From: a virus
Virus record (IMG/VR): IMGVR_UViG_3300021960_000059
Span: 4,193 to 68,192 of that record
Length of the DNA stretch: 64,000 nucleotides
Direction: 5' to 3' (one strand)
Both the position numbers and the translations under genes were made by a program. Positions 36,141 through 45,322 of this stretch are shown in pieces. The stretch's first letter is position 1. Every line of letters starts with the position of its first letter. The notes beneath the pieces were generated by a model, which saw nothing but the letters and a program-made list of their open reading frames with translations, did no database searches and was not told where the DNA came from.

Positions 36141-36518
36141 TTAATGTACCGTGTTTGCTGATAATTCTATTGGTTGCCCAAACTTTTCCATCCAAGGATC
36201 ATTGACCTCTTCTTCCGTTTCTTCGTCTTCCTCTGTTTCTTTATCGTTACCCTTAAGTGTAGAAAGCGATTTTATATAGTAGGCATCGATGTCTTCATCT
36301 ACTGCGGCAACTGCAACCACATGACTTGTATTCAGATTGACTAAATTAATACTTCTTGTGAGAGGAACCCAAGTCATTGCAATCATCATTGGTCTTCCAG
36401 ACGGACCTTCTCCAATTTCAAGTAAAAGAGGTTCAAGAATACTTGTTGTGTTTTCGTCTTGATGCACGATCTCTGCAATGATTGTCTCACCGTTAATTAG
36501 TTTTATGATTGAGTTCAT
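36141..36518 (-). CDS. Conserved hypothetical protein between uvsW and 55
   Basis: IKLINGETIIA N-terminus; synteny. Confidence 0.7.
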   Translation of the reverse strand: MNSIIKLINGETIIAEIVHQDENTTSILEPLLLEIGEGPSGRPMMIAMTWVPLTRSINLVNLNTSHVVAVAAVDEDIDAYYIKSLSTLKGNDKETEEDEETEEEVNDPWMEKFGQPIELSANTVH

Positions 36519-37969
36519 TCCCCTACCTTTATGTTGTAGATTTTGTAATCGAATTCTTCTTCGTTGTAAATCTTCACTCGTTCAGCAAAGTGCTTGATCG
36601 TGTGGTTATTCCATGACTTGTATGATAAATCGTCTGCGATGTCATAGAGAGTAGCAACTTCCTTGTTGTCACCCTTACGCAATGCTCGTCCTATCGACTG
36701 AAGATTGCGAACACGAGACTTAGAGGGGGAAGCAAATATGACATTATGGAGGTTACGAATGTTGATGCCTGTGGAGAAAGTACCGTAACTTGCCACAATA
36801 ATGGCATTGTCTGATTGCTCAATTCTATGTCTAATGTCTTCTCTTGTAGTAGCATCGATACCCCCATGTACGAAATAAACTTCTTTGCCCGATTCATTTA
36901 TATCATTGTATAATATTTGACCGTGTTTGTCAACCATCTGATACAACACTAAGGTATTGCCCTCACGTGTAATTGTGAGGTTCTTAATGAACTTGTTACG
37001 GTAATCGTTGGCAATGAGAAACTGAATCTCATCCTGATAGTTAGACTGTTTCATCTGCTTACAAGTTCCCTCTGGATACTTGAGCACCAATGCCTTGATA
37101 CGAAAGTCCGACAGAGTTCCTTTCTCGATCAACTCCTTTGTCTGTATGACCTTCATCACTGAACCGAACAGACCTTCTAATACCAACTTATTTGTCTGTG
37201 TCCCGTCAAGTGTTCCGGTCAATCCGAATCGCCATTTACACTCATCAAGTTTGGTCATGATCTTAGTGAGAGAGGTTGCCTTAAACTGATGTGCCTCGTC
37301 ACCGACCACTACATCGAACTGGTCAAACCACTTCTTGGGTTGCTTATAGATGGACTGCCATGTGCTGATAAAAATTTGTGCTTCTGGGTTGTTTTTCTCT
37401 TGACCTTCCATGATAAGGTGTGTATAATAAAACTGTTGGTTTTCAGAATACTCTATAAAGTCCGTATTCATTTGATGCACCAAAGAGGTAGTGGGTACGA
37501 TAAGTAGTGCCTTCTTCTCACCATGAGAGAGTAAGTATTTAAGGATACAATAAATGATGAATGATTTACCAGACGCAGTAGGTGAAAGGATTAACGCACG
37601 ATGAACACGCAAGGCATGAGCAATTGCTCTGAGTTGGTAATCTCTGGGGATGTACTTACCTTTGAACAGTTCTTCCAACTCATTAAGAGCGATGTCATCA
37701 ACATGATCGAGTCCCCCATGTACGACACATTCATAGTCCCTATCTTGGCAAAACTTTTTGACACGAGCAACGAGACCTTTATAGAGTGTATGACTCGCAG
37801 TATTGAACAGTCGTATTTTACCATCCCACATGCGATTTTTATATGAAGGCATGAACTTAGCACCCGGAACCTCAAAGGTGAAGTAGTCAGAGAGTTCTTG
37901 CCCCAACCCTCTGTCACACTCAATTTTTACATTCACTTCATCTTTTGGAAGGATGTCAATTCTATCCAT
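36515..37969 (-). CDS. uvsW: UvsW helicase
   Basis: PTASGKS, GDEAH, GLTGT, QSIGRALR. Confidence 0.96.
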   Translation of the reverse strand: MDRIDILPKDEVNVKIECDRGLGQELSDYFTFEVPGAKFMPSYKNRMWDGKIRLFNTASHTLYKGLVARVKKFCQDRDYECVVHGGLDHVDDIALNELEELFKGKYIPRDYQLRAIAHALRVHRALILSPTASGKSFIIYCILKYLLSHGEKKALLIVPTTSLVHQMNTDFIEYSENQQFYYTHLIMEGQEKNNPEAQIFISTWQSIYKQPKKWFDQFDVVVGDEAHQFKATSLTKIMTKLDECKWRFGLTGTLDGTQTNKLVLEGLFGSVMKVIQTKELIEKGTLSDFRIKALVLKYPEGTCKQMKQSNYQDEIQFLIANDYRNKFIKNLTITREGNTLVLYQMVDKHGQILYNDINESGKEVYFVHGGIDATTREDIRHRIEQSDNAIIVASYGTFSTGINIRNLHNVIFASPSKSRVRNLQSIGRALRKGDNKEVATLYDIADDLSYKSWNNHTIKHFAERVKIYNEEEFDYKIYNIKVGE

Positions 37970-38393
37970 TCGTAAATCTTAACCAATCAATTGCATTTTT
38001 AATTTGGAATCCACGGTTGTTAATACTCTTGAGAATTGCTTCAAGGTAATTGACCTTTTCTTGTTGGAGTGCTAACTTGAGGTTTAGTTCGATGAAGTCA
38101 TCATCAGACTCAATATATGTATCTACTTCGTTCTTGAGGATTTTCTTGTAGAACTGATCGCGACCCAACTCCTCTAACTCTTCTTGGTCTAACTCACCAA
38201 GGTAATATTCATTAAGAAGTCTTTTCCGTTTATTGCGTTGTGCGAACATTCTTTTTAACTGCGCGTTTTCTCCCATGTAGATTTTGAGATATTTGTTATG
38301 GATGACAGGAATCTTTGTAGACTCTTCACCTAACTCAGTCTCATCCATACGGCAGTCTTTGTCCCACTCGGACACAATGTCTTCAATTCTCAT
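37962..38393 (-). CDS. uvsY: UvsY recombination mediator
   Basis: HNKYL...NRGFQIKNAIDW. Confidence 0.92.
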   Translation of the reverse strand: MRIEDIVSEWDKDCRMDETELGEESTKIPVIHNKYLKIYMGENAQLKRMFAQRNKRKRLLNEYYLGELDQEELEELGRDQFYKKILKNEVDTYIESDDDFIELNLKLALQQEKVNYLEAILKSINNRGFQIKNAIDWLRFTNG

Positions 38394-38420
38394 GATAAAT
38401 CCACAGGTAAAATAATATAA

Positions 38421-38449
38421 AGTATAACAGATTATACGATACTTGTCAA
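38421..38449 (-). promoter_or_regulatory. Sigma70 promoter for the uvsY operon
   Basis: TTGACA-17 bp-TATACT. Confidence 0.7.
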
Positions 38450-38956
38450 TTCATACTTACGATATGCAAAGGATGCTGTACCTTGTAAAAACTCTACATC
38501 AGTCCCAGTAATATCAAAATCTAATTGACCAATAGATACAGGATACATGTCTATAAACTTAACCTCGATATTTGGTTGATAGGATGAAGTTGTTATAATT
38601 AATGTCGCATCGGAATAAACCTCACCAATAGGTTGAATTCCTCCCTTTTTTATGCCCGCATATTGCTGAAAATTATCTGGATATCCTAGACCAATTATCC
38701 AATTATAAATTTCTAGAAAATTTTTCATATCCTCATCGACTGTAAAATTAATTGATAAAGGACTAAAGGTAAGTTTGTCACCGGGAACAGGCAATTTAAT
38801 AAAAGTATTTTCCACACTATCTATTTGCCCCATAGTAATATCTGGGATAGAAGCAGAAGTGCAAAAATAATTAACATTAGGCAGTTTCTTTACAGAAAAC
38901 TTAAATCCTAAAGGAGATAAAAAACTTTTATTATCAGGAGTGTTTTGTAATGCCAT
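38432..38956 (-). CDS. 3: Tail tube terminator gp3
   Basis: FLSPLGF, PGDK, VDEDMKN..EI.NW; late promoter at 38981-38988. Confidence 0.88.
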   Translation of the reverse strand: MALQNTPDNKSFLSPLGFKFSVKKLPNVNYFCTSASIPDITMGQIDSVENTFIKLPVPGDKLTFSPLSINFTVDEDMKNFLEIYNWIIGLGYPDNFQQYAGIKKGGIQPIGEVYSDATLIITTSSYQPNIEVKFIDMYPVSIGQLDFDITGTDVEFLQGTASFAYRKYELTSIV

Positions 38957-38992
38957 TTTAATTCCTCACAAAGTTACTACTATTTATAAGGC

Positions 38993-39018
38993 AAAAAAAG
39001 GGGGACTTTCGTCCCCCC
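38993..39018 (-). terminator. Terminator after the major capsid gene
   Basis: GGGGGAC-GAAA-GTCCCCC-TTTTTTT. Confidence 0.88.
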
Positions 39019-39048
39019 TAATCCGGTAGTTTAGAACTACTCTTTTTA

Positions 39049-40416
39049 TTACATCAAGTTTGCAACCTTGACCAAACGGTAGTAAAGGTTCTTCTTAGCA
39101 AAGGCAATTGCACCGTCTGCATTAGAAGTAGCAAATGGGTTTGCAACCATTCCGTAACGAGTCTTGAACCCGATCTTAGGTTGGAATGTATTCTCACCAA
39201 CCGCACGAACCATCTGGAGTGGTACGTATGGGCAGTAGAACAGACCTGCGTCAAACGCATTGCTTCCTTTGTAACCAATTGTGTAGTAGTTATTGGTTGC
39301 ATCTGAGAAGTATGGATCAATGTATACACGGATACGACCGTTCAAGACACCTGCGAATGTGTTGCCTGTGTCATCAACTTGCAAGTTGTTAGACAAAGCA
39401 GGAGTATAATCAAGAACACCTGCCATCTGAAGTGCTGAAGCAACATCAGAAGAAGTGATCATCATATTACCCTTACCACGACGAGTTGCTTTCGCAATTT
39501 CGTTCGCATCACGTTCGATTTGGAACATCAAACCTTTGAACTTCTCTGCCATCCAACGACCGTTAGAGTCGGTGTCAAGATCGAAAGTACCGGCCGTAGT
39601 GACATTGATCTGAGCACCTGCAGTTGCTGTATAGTTGATTGTACGAACAACTTCACGGTTGATTTCAGCAAGAATTTCAGCAGACAAGATGTTTGACAAC
39701 TCTTGCTCTGCATCCAGACCGTGGATTGCTTTGAGGTCTTGTGCAAGTTCCATTGTGTATTCTGCTTTCAGAGCACGAGTCTTAGCAGTTACTGAAACTT
39801 TCTCGATTGAGAATGCCATCTCTTGGAAAGAGTTCTGAGAGTCGTCTCCCAATGCTTCTCCAGTTGCTGTTGACATACCTGTTGATACAGTATATCCAGA
39901 ACCTGAAGCACGATCATTAGGATCAGTACCAGTTGCACTTGTACCTGCAGATCCGTCGATTGCAACTTGTGAATTAGTGTTAGCACCTGCTGATGCAGAG
40001 AATGTAGTATCTGCTTCGTTGAACAGTGCTTCTGTGCCAGATTGGTTGCTATAACGAGAACGCATTGCAAAGATCAGTCCAGTAGGACCAGTCATTGGTT
40101 GAACACCACAAATGTCGTATGCAATCAGATTAGGCATAGAACGACGAACCAGTGAAATCAGTACTGGATCGAATGTGTCGATAGAACCATCAGCTGCTAC
40201 AGAAGATGAAGCGCCCATTGCGTTAGTTGGTGATGCTTCTCCAAGTAACGTAGTAGTGTGCGATCCGCCTTGATGAATTGCTTGTTCACGAGCAGATTGA
40301 TATTGGTTTTCCAGAAGTTGGGCAGTTACTGTACGCTTATGTGCGTCCTTGATTGGTTCAAGGTCAGCATGCTCAAGAACTGGTTGCCACTTTTGAATAA
40401 GAGCATCAGTTGCCAT
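39049..40416 (-). CDS. 23: Major capsid protein gp23
   Basis: GVQPMTGPTGLIFAMR, RALKAEYT.ELAQDLKAIHGLDAE, GFKTRYG. Confidence 0.98.
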   Translation of the reverse strand: MATDALIQKWQPVLEHADLEPIKDAHKRTVTAQLLENQYQSAREQAIHQGGSHTTTLLGEASPTNAMGASSSVAADGSIDTFDPVLISLVRRSMPNLIAYDICGVQPMTGPTGLIFAMRSRYSNQSGTEALFNEADTTFSASAGANTNSQVAIDGSAGTSATGTDPNDRASGSGYTVSTGMSTATGEALGDDSQNSFQEMAFSIEKVSVTAKTRALKAEYTMELAQDLKAIHGLDAEQELSNILSAEILAEINREVVRTINYTATAGAQINVTTAGTFDLDTDSNGRWMAEKFKGLMFQIERDANEIAKATRRGKGNMMITSSDVASALQMAGVLDYTPALSNNLQVDDTGNTFAGVLNGRIRVYIDPYFSDATNNYYTIGYKGSNAFDAGLFYCPYVPLQMVRAVGENTFQPKIGFKTRYGMVANPFATSNADGAIAFAKKNLYYRLVKVANLM

Positions 40417-40473
40417 TTTTATTCTCCTTTCGGTTTTTACCTAGTAGTTATATTTAGTATTATTTATAAATTG

Positions 40474-41565
40474 TTACTTTTTAATCGACCGACTAATAGC
40501 ATCTGTAAATGCTTTCATTTGTGGATCAATCTGAACTTCGTTTTCTTCATCCAGTTCAACTGGTTCTGAGTCGAATGAAGTATCTTCAGAAATAACTTCT
40601 TCTTGTGGGAAGTAGTTTTCTTTGATAGTCTCCAACTTCTTCGCATAGTCTTCGGCAGAATCAAACTCAACACCTTCAGCGAGAGATTGCATCTTGACTA
40701 CTTGAGATTCAGTTAGACCTTCAGTTACATCGCGCAGAATTTCTGACTTTTTAGATTCAATGATTTCCTTACGAGATACGATGTTCTTTTCGACTTCTTC
40801 ACTTAAAGATTCTTCCAGCTCAGCAATCTTTGATGCGAGTTCGTCAACAAGGTCAACTTTCTCTTCTGGAATGTCAATATATGATTCAGTAAATAAGTTA
40901 CGCAGACCTACCATAAAGTTTTCTGCGATTTCTGAACGAATGCCTTGCTCAACTGCCAGTTCATTTTCTTTCATCCACTGCTCAACTACATATTCCATGT
41001 AGTCATCCAATCGAGATGTCAATGACTCAACGATTTCTTCTTTCTCTGCTTCCATTTCTGCTTCAAGATCAATGGTTACTGTTTCCAGAATTTCGTTGAC
41101 CTTTGACACAACTGCCGCTTCAAAGATAGTAGTTGCTTTAGAAGTGAAGTCTTCTGACAGGTCTTCACCTGCGAACATTGCTTCAACATCTTCTGCGACA
41201 TTTACATCTTCAGCAGAGACTTTCTTAATTTCTTTGATAGAAGTTACTGAGGAATTTTCTTCCACAGACTCTGACCTCATTCCACCACACATTGCTTCGT
41301 ATGCCGCTTTCAGTTCTTCTTTCCTCAAGTTTTGCATATGCGCCATCGCTGCTTGTAACATAGCAACCTTAGTCTTTGGCACTTCTGATGATGAACGTTT
41401 CGGTGCCGATTTCTTTTCTTTATCGGCATCTTTTCCTTCAGCACCGGGTGCATCTACCTCTTTTGTTGTTGGATCAGGCACTTCGGATGGATCTCCTAGA
41501 GATGCTTTCACCTCTACGATTTGTCCTTCTTCCTGTTCCAACATTTCCATTTCTTGATCGGACAT
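40474..41565 (-). CDS. 22: Prohead core scaffold gp22
   Basis: KATTIFEAAV, YMEYVVEQW..EN; late promoter at 41602-41609. Confidence 0.93.
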   Translation of the reverse strand: MSDQEMEMLEQEEGQIVEVKASLGDPSEVPDPTTKEVDAPGAEGKDADKEKKSAPKRSSSEVPKTKVAMLQAAMAHMQNLRKEELKAAYEAMCGGMRSESVEENSSVTSIKEIKKVSAEDVNVAEDVEAMFAGEDLSEDFTSKATTIFEAAVVSKVNEILETVTIDLEAEMEAEKEEIVESLTSRLDDYMEYVVEQWMKENELAVEQGIRSEIAENFMVGLRNLFTESYIDIPEEKVDLVDELASKIAELEESLSEEVEKNIVSRKEIIESKKSEILRDVTEGLTESQVVKMQSLAEGVEFDSAEDYAKKLETIKENYFPQEEVISEDTSFDSEPVELDEENEVQIDPQMKAFTDAISRSIKK

Positions 41566-41613
41566 GTTGTTATCTCCTTTACGGTTTAGTCATTTATAAT
41601 GTATTTATAAAAC

Positions 41614-42267
41614 TTAAAGTTTCGATAGAAAATTCTTAAAAATCCGCAACTTCGTTTCTTCTAAATCACGAGAAGATGCCTTAACGACTTCTTCTTTGTA
41701 ATCTGCGATAGATGCTTCTTTGATGAGACCATTGTCCCAAATCCACTCCTTACCTTCCATAATACCATTGACAAATGCATCTGGTGCTGATGGATCAGCA
41801 ACAATGTCACCTGCTGTTGCAAGATAGAAATCCCCTTGAACCTCATTCACACCTTGACGATTTGGTTTCAAAGAACCCATGCCACGAGAAGACACTGCTA
41901 ACTGTCCCCCATCGTCCATGATGCCCTTAACAATCGCACCCATTGGTGTTTCTGCTAAAATCTTTGCACGACCTCTGAAGTTTGCTCCGTCACGTTTCAA
42001 ATCAGTAATTAAATGAGATACTCGTTCAAGATTAATAGTCGGTCCACTTGGATGACCTAATTCTCCATATGCACGATTTTTTTCAACATACTCTTTGTTA
42101 TATCGTTTTACTTCTTTATCTAGCACTTCGGCAGGATACATACGACCATTACGGTTCTTGATGTCGCCTTGCATGAAGATACCTTCGATAAAGTAGTTCT
42201 TTTTACCGTCTTCTTTTGCCTCAGAGATATACTGAATATCTTCATTGAGTTCTGTGATCAGTTTCAT
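41614..42267 (-). CDS. 21: Prohead protease gp21
   Basis: MKLITE, NRNGR.Y, GELGHP, VSSRGMGS, DIVADPSAP. Confidence 0.96.
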   Translation of the reverse strand: MKLITELNEDIQYISEAKEDGKKNYFIEGIFMQGDIKNRNGRMYPAEVLDKEVKRYNKEYVEKNRAYGELGHPSGPTINLERVSHLITDLKRDGANFRGRAKILAETPMGAIVKGIMDDGGQLAVSSRGMGSLKPNRQGVNEVQGDFYLATAGDIVADPSAPDAFVNGIMEGKEWIWDNGLIKEASIADYKEEVVKASSRDLEETKLRIFKNFLSKL

Positions 42268-42268
42268 T

Positions 42269-42517
42269 TTAGTATCCCGTAGAAGAAATATGAGTACCGA
42301 ATAAAGTAGTTGCTCCACGCAATCCTTGCCCGATTTCTAAATGAATTACTTGTCCACCACCTGCGGGAATATAAACACTTCCTATATCACCATCGTCATC
42401 TGCATTTCGGACAGTAACTAATGATGCTGTTGATGTGTTAAAAACATACACTGATGTGGCATTTTTAAAATTAGTGGTTCCAGTTGCAAGTGCTGTTGCC
42501 GTACTTAATACTTTCAT
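42269..42517 (-). CDS. Small hypothetical (structural) protein
   Basis: 82 aa ORF coupled within the prohead operon. Confidence 0.65.
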   Translation of the reverse strand: MKVLSTATALATGTTNFKNATSVYVFNTSTASLVTVRNADDDGDIGSVYIPAGGGQVIHLEIGQGLRGATTLFGTHISSTGY

Positions 42518-42972
42518 TACTTACCTCCGAACGCAACGTCCATTAATTTCATGAACACTTCTGGAGACTTTTCAATCTGGTCTTCCATTTTTTTCTTGTT
42601 TTTGTCGTTGATCTTCTTGTAAAGATTAAGCATTGCGTTGGCAGTTGTCATATCTATCTTTAGTGTCTTACCGTTTTCAAACTTAACTGAACCTGTTGAC
42701 TTTTTGTCAACGATATTTTTTAAACCGTCCATGACTTTGCCCTCAGTCAAATCGAGTGACTCCAACTCTTCTTTGATAGTGCCGTTGAATACATGATCTT
42801 GTCCGGGGGCTGCTAGGTAATCAGTCTTTTGCACCATGTGTTGGTTAGCAAAATCTTCTTCACCTTTTGATCTGGGTTTATACCCTTTAACTTCATCATC
42901 ACCATCTTTTGGTGCGACAGCATCCGCGGCAGATGCTTCTGTTACGAATTTACTAAACTTCTGAATCGACAT
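42517..42972 (-). CDS. Prohead core protein (gp68-like)
   Basis: Position; MSIQKFSKFVTE CTS-like start; LDLTE site. Confidence 0.6.
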   Translation of the reverse strand: MSIQKFSKFVTEASAADAVAPKDGDDEVKGYKPRSKGEEDFANQHMVQKTDYLAAPGQDHVFNGTIKEELESLDLTEGKVMDGLKNIVDKKSTGSVKFENGKTLKIDMTTANAMLNLYKKINDKNKKKMEDQIEKSPEVFMKLMDVAFGGK

Positions 42973-43156
42973 CGGTATCCCCTTGGATTTCTTCTTCTGT
43001 ATCTGCAGACATGAAAGATGATGTTACTTGCATTTTTTTCAAACTAACAGCATCACGAACTTTGTCCATCAAAATATCACCGACCGCATTTTTAAATACT
43101 GATGCGTCTCCATCCATCGCAGCTCTTACTGCATCTTGTGTTGTATAATCACTCAT
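42953..43156 (-). CDS. Prohead core protein (gp67-like)
   Basis: Small acidic ORF after the portal gene; late promoter at 43176-43183. Confidence 0.6.
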   Translation of the reverse strand: MSDYTTQDAVRAAMDGDASVFKNAVGDILMDKVRDAVSLKKMQVTSSFMSADTEEEIQGDTDVDSEV

Positions 43157-43190
43157 GTCGTAATCTCCTAGTAACTATTTATAAAATATT

Positions 43191-44678
43191 TTAACTGAAG
43201 TCATCTTCACCTTCAGGAGAAGGTTCATTTGCAATTTGTTGATCGATTTCTTCAATTTCTTCTTCGGTTTGCATAAGAATATTTTTACGCACCCACTCTT
43301 TAGAATAATAGTTTCCGACATATTCATCAAGTTCACGTAATGTGTTTAATCTTTCACGCATAATTTCTGCATTTTTAAGTTCTGTAAAATGGTTATCTTC
43401 AATAAAGTCATAGTAAATCTTACCCTTAATATCACTCCACTCTTGCTTAGTAATAATGCCTTTAAGGAGCAATTGCTTTTCAAGAATAATATGGAACAAC
43501 TCGGAGAAACGATAACGCAAACGAGAAATAAATTTAGAGAATTTTAATTCGTCGCGACTAATTTCTGAAGCACGACCTAAGTTAAATGATGAGTCTGATT
43601 CTAATCTAGAAGTAGGAACATTTAGGGATTGATAAAGCTTCTGTCGGAAATAGACTACATCTTCAATTTCACCAAGATTTTGTCCTCCCGGCAGTGTGCT
43701 GATTTCAGTTGCTTTACCGTCTCCACGACGAGGCAACCAATAGTCTTCAAGCATTGTGAGGAATTTACGGTCATCACGAACTTCACCAGTGTTTGCATCA
43801 TAGACTAACTTGTTTTTATGCTTGACCATCATGTCGCGCAAATACTGTTCTGCCTTTGCTTTCGGCAAGTTACCCACATCGATATAAAAGATTCGACGTT
43901 CTGGTGCTCGTGCTAAACGATAGATGACTGTTGCATCTTCAAGCATTCGTAGTTGGTTAAGGGGTTTGATTGCTTTATGAATGTAAGACAATACCATCTT
44001 ATTATTCTGATCCATAATACCAGAATGACAATATGCTATCGAGTCCGGTGCAATTTTTACACCTTGATTCCCCGCAGTAATGCCTTTAGAAGAATAGAGA
44101 TAATATTCGTCATACTTTTTATTGAATATTTCTTGACTAACACGATTTTGATTGTCTCTTTTTTCAACACGAACCTTTTTAATTTTTCGTGGATCTATAT
44201 AACGAATTTCCTGAATGCCCACACGAGGTCTTTTTGTATCGATCATTAAATGATAATATAGACGACCGTCAATATACCAATTACGAAAAATATCATACGC
44301 ACGATTATGAAAATTGAGCATATTCAAAATTTCATCAAACTCTTTTCGAATCAAATCTTTAATCGTATCATCCATTTCTTCGACATTATCAAGGACAATT
44401 GATACTGGTGAATCTTGCTCAGTACCAACAATAGTTTCATTAATAATATCATCAATTGCTCTTTCGCATTCTGGTTGTTGAGCCATCTCTCGATATCGAG
44501 TAATGAGATGTGCTTCATTTTTTGCTTGACTATTGACATCTACAGTAGTGCCATAAACTCCACCTTCAGCAACTGCGAGAGTTCCATCGTCATTTGGTGG
44601 AGGTGCGAAAGATATTACATTAGGTTTGGTTTCTTCGTCTTTTTTACCAATTTGAAAACCAAAGAGTTCGATTGCCAT
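43191..44678 (-). CDS. 20: Portal protein gp20
   Basis: IYRLARAPERRIFYIDVGNLPK, EDYWLPRR, LPGGQNLG. Confidence 0.98.
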   Translation of the reverse strand: MAIELFGFQIGKKDEETKPNVISFAPPPNDDGTLAVAEGGVYGTTVDVNSQAKNEAHLITRYREMAQQPECERAIDDIINETIVGTEQDSPVSIVLDNVEEMDDTIKDLIRKEFDEILNMLNFHNRAYDIFRNWYIDGRLYYHLMIDTKRPRVGIQEIRYIDPRKIKKVRVEKRDNQNRVSQEIFNKKYDEYYLYSSKGITAGNQGVKIAPDSIAYCHSGIMDQNNKMVLSYIHKAIKPLNQLRMLEDATVIYRLARAPERRIFYIDVGNLPKAKAEQYLRDMMVKHKNKLVYDANTGEVRDDRKFLTMLEDYWLPRRGDGKATEISTLPGGQNLGEIEDVVYFRQKLYQSLNVPTSRLESDSSFNLGRASEISRDELKFSKFISRLRYRFSELFHIILEKQLLLKGIITKQEWSDIKGKIYYDFIEDNHFTELKNAEIMRERLNTLRELDEYVGNYYSKEWVRKNILMQTEEEIEEIDQQIANEPSPEGEDDFS

Positions 44679-44699
44679 GTTTTTTCCTCAATAATAAAC

Positions 44700-44728
44700 A
44701 GGGGCGACTGTTCTATTTAGTCGCCCCT
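44700..44728 (-). terminator. Hairpin between 19 and 20 overlapping a CTAAATA late-like promoter
   Basis: AGGGGCGACT/AGTCGCCCCT inverted repeat. Confidence 0.6.
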
Positions 44729-44745
44729 TTAATCACTTTTGTGGG

Positions 44746-45297
44746 TTAGATCCCACCAGCGTTGCCAGTTTGACCACCAGATACCTGCCAGTAGTCATAC
44801 ACAAAGGTAACACCAAACTCTTCGATATTATCACCTTGATCCCATCCTAAATCAATCGCTGCGACTGCGGTTGGGAAGATACCTATAAAGTCATATACAC
44901 GCAGAATTTCACCAGTTTTACCATACTGAGTGACCTGTGCGTTTGCTTTGTAGAGTGAAGGTGCTGAACCACCCGCATTGTTGATGTTGCCTTGGAATGA
45001 GTTAATCGCATTTGACCACTGTTCCATTGCATTACGAATCAAAAAGTCTTCATCGTTGATGATCGTTGGTGACCACTCACCAAAAGTACGAGTACCTGCG
45101 ACTTTAATTATACGACCAAAGTATGGCACATCAATCGCACTCAAAGTTGCTTCCGGGATCTGAGCTGTCTTGCACATGAAAGGTACTTGTGCGTCTGCGA
45201 CACCGTTGATCGGGTTCGTGATCTGCACTTGGAACAGGGAGGGACGAGCCCCTCCTTGTGCTAATGCTCCTGAGAATTCGTTTACATTAAACGCCAT
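44746..45297 (-). CDS. 19: Tail tube protein gp19
   Basis: GGARPSLF, AGTRTF..W..TIINDEDF, IEEF.VTF.YDYW. Confidence 0.96.
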   Translation of the reverse strand: MAFNVNEFSGALAQGGARPSLFQVQITNPINGVADAQVPFMCKTAQIPEATLSAIDVPYFGRIIKVAGTRTFGEWSPTIINDEDFLIRNAMEQWSNAINSFQGNINNAGGSAPSLYKANAQVTQYGKTGEILRVYDFIGIFPTAVAAIDLGWDQGDNIEEFGVTFVYDYWQVSGGQTGNAGGI

Positions 45298-45322
45298 TAT
45301 TGTTCTCCTGTTTTATCTCTAT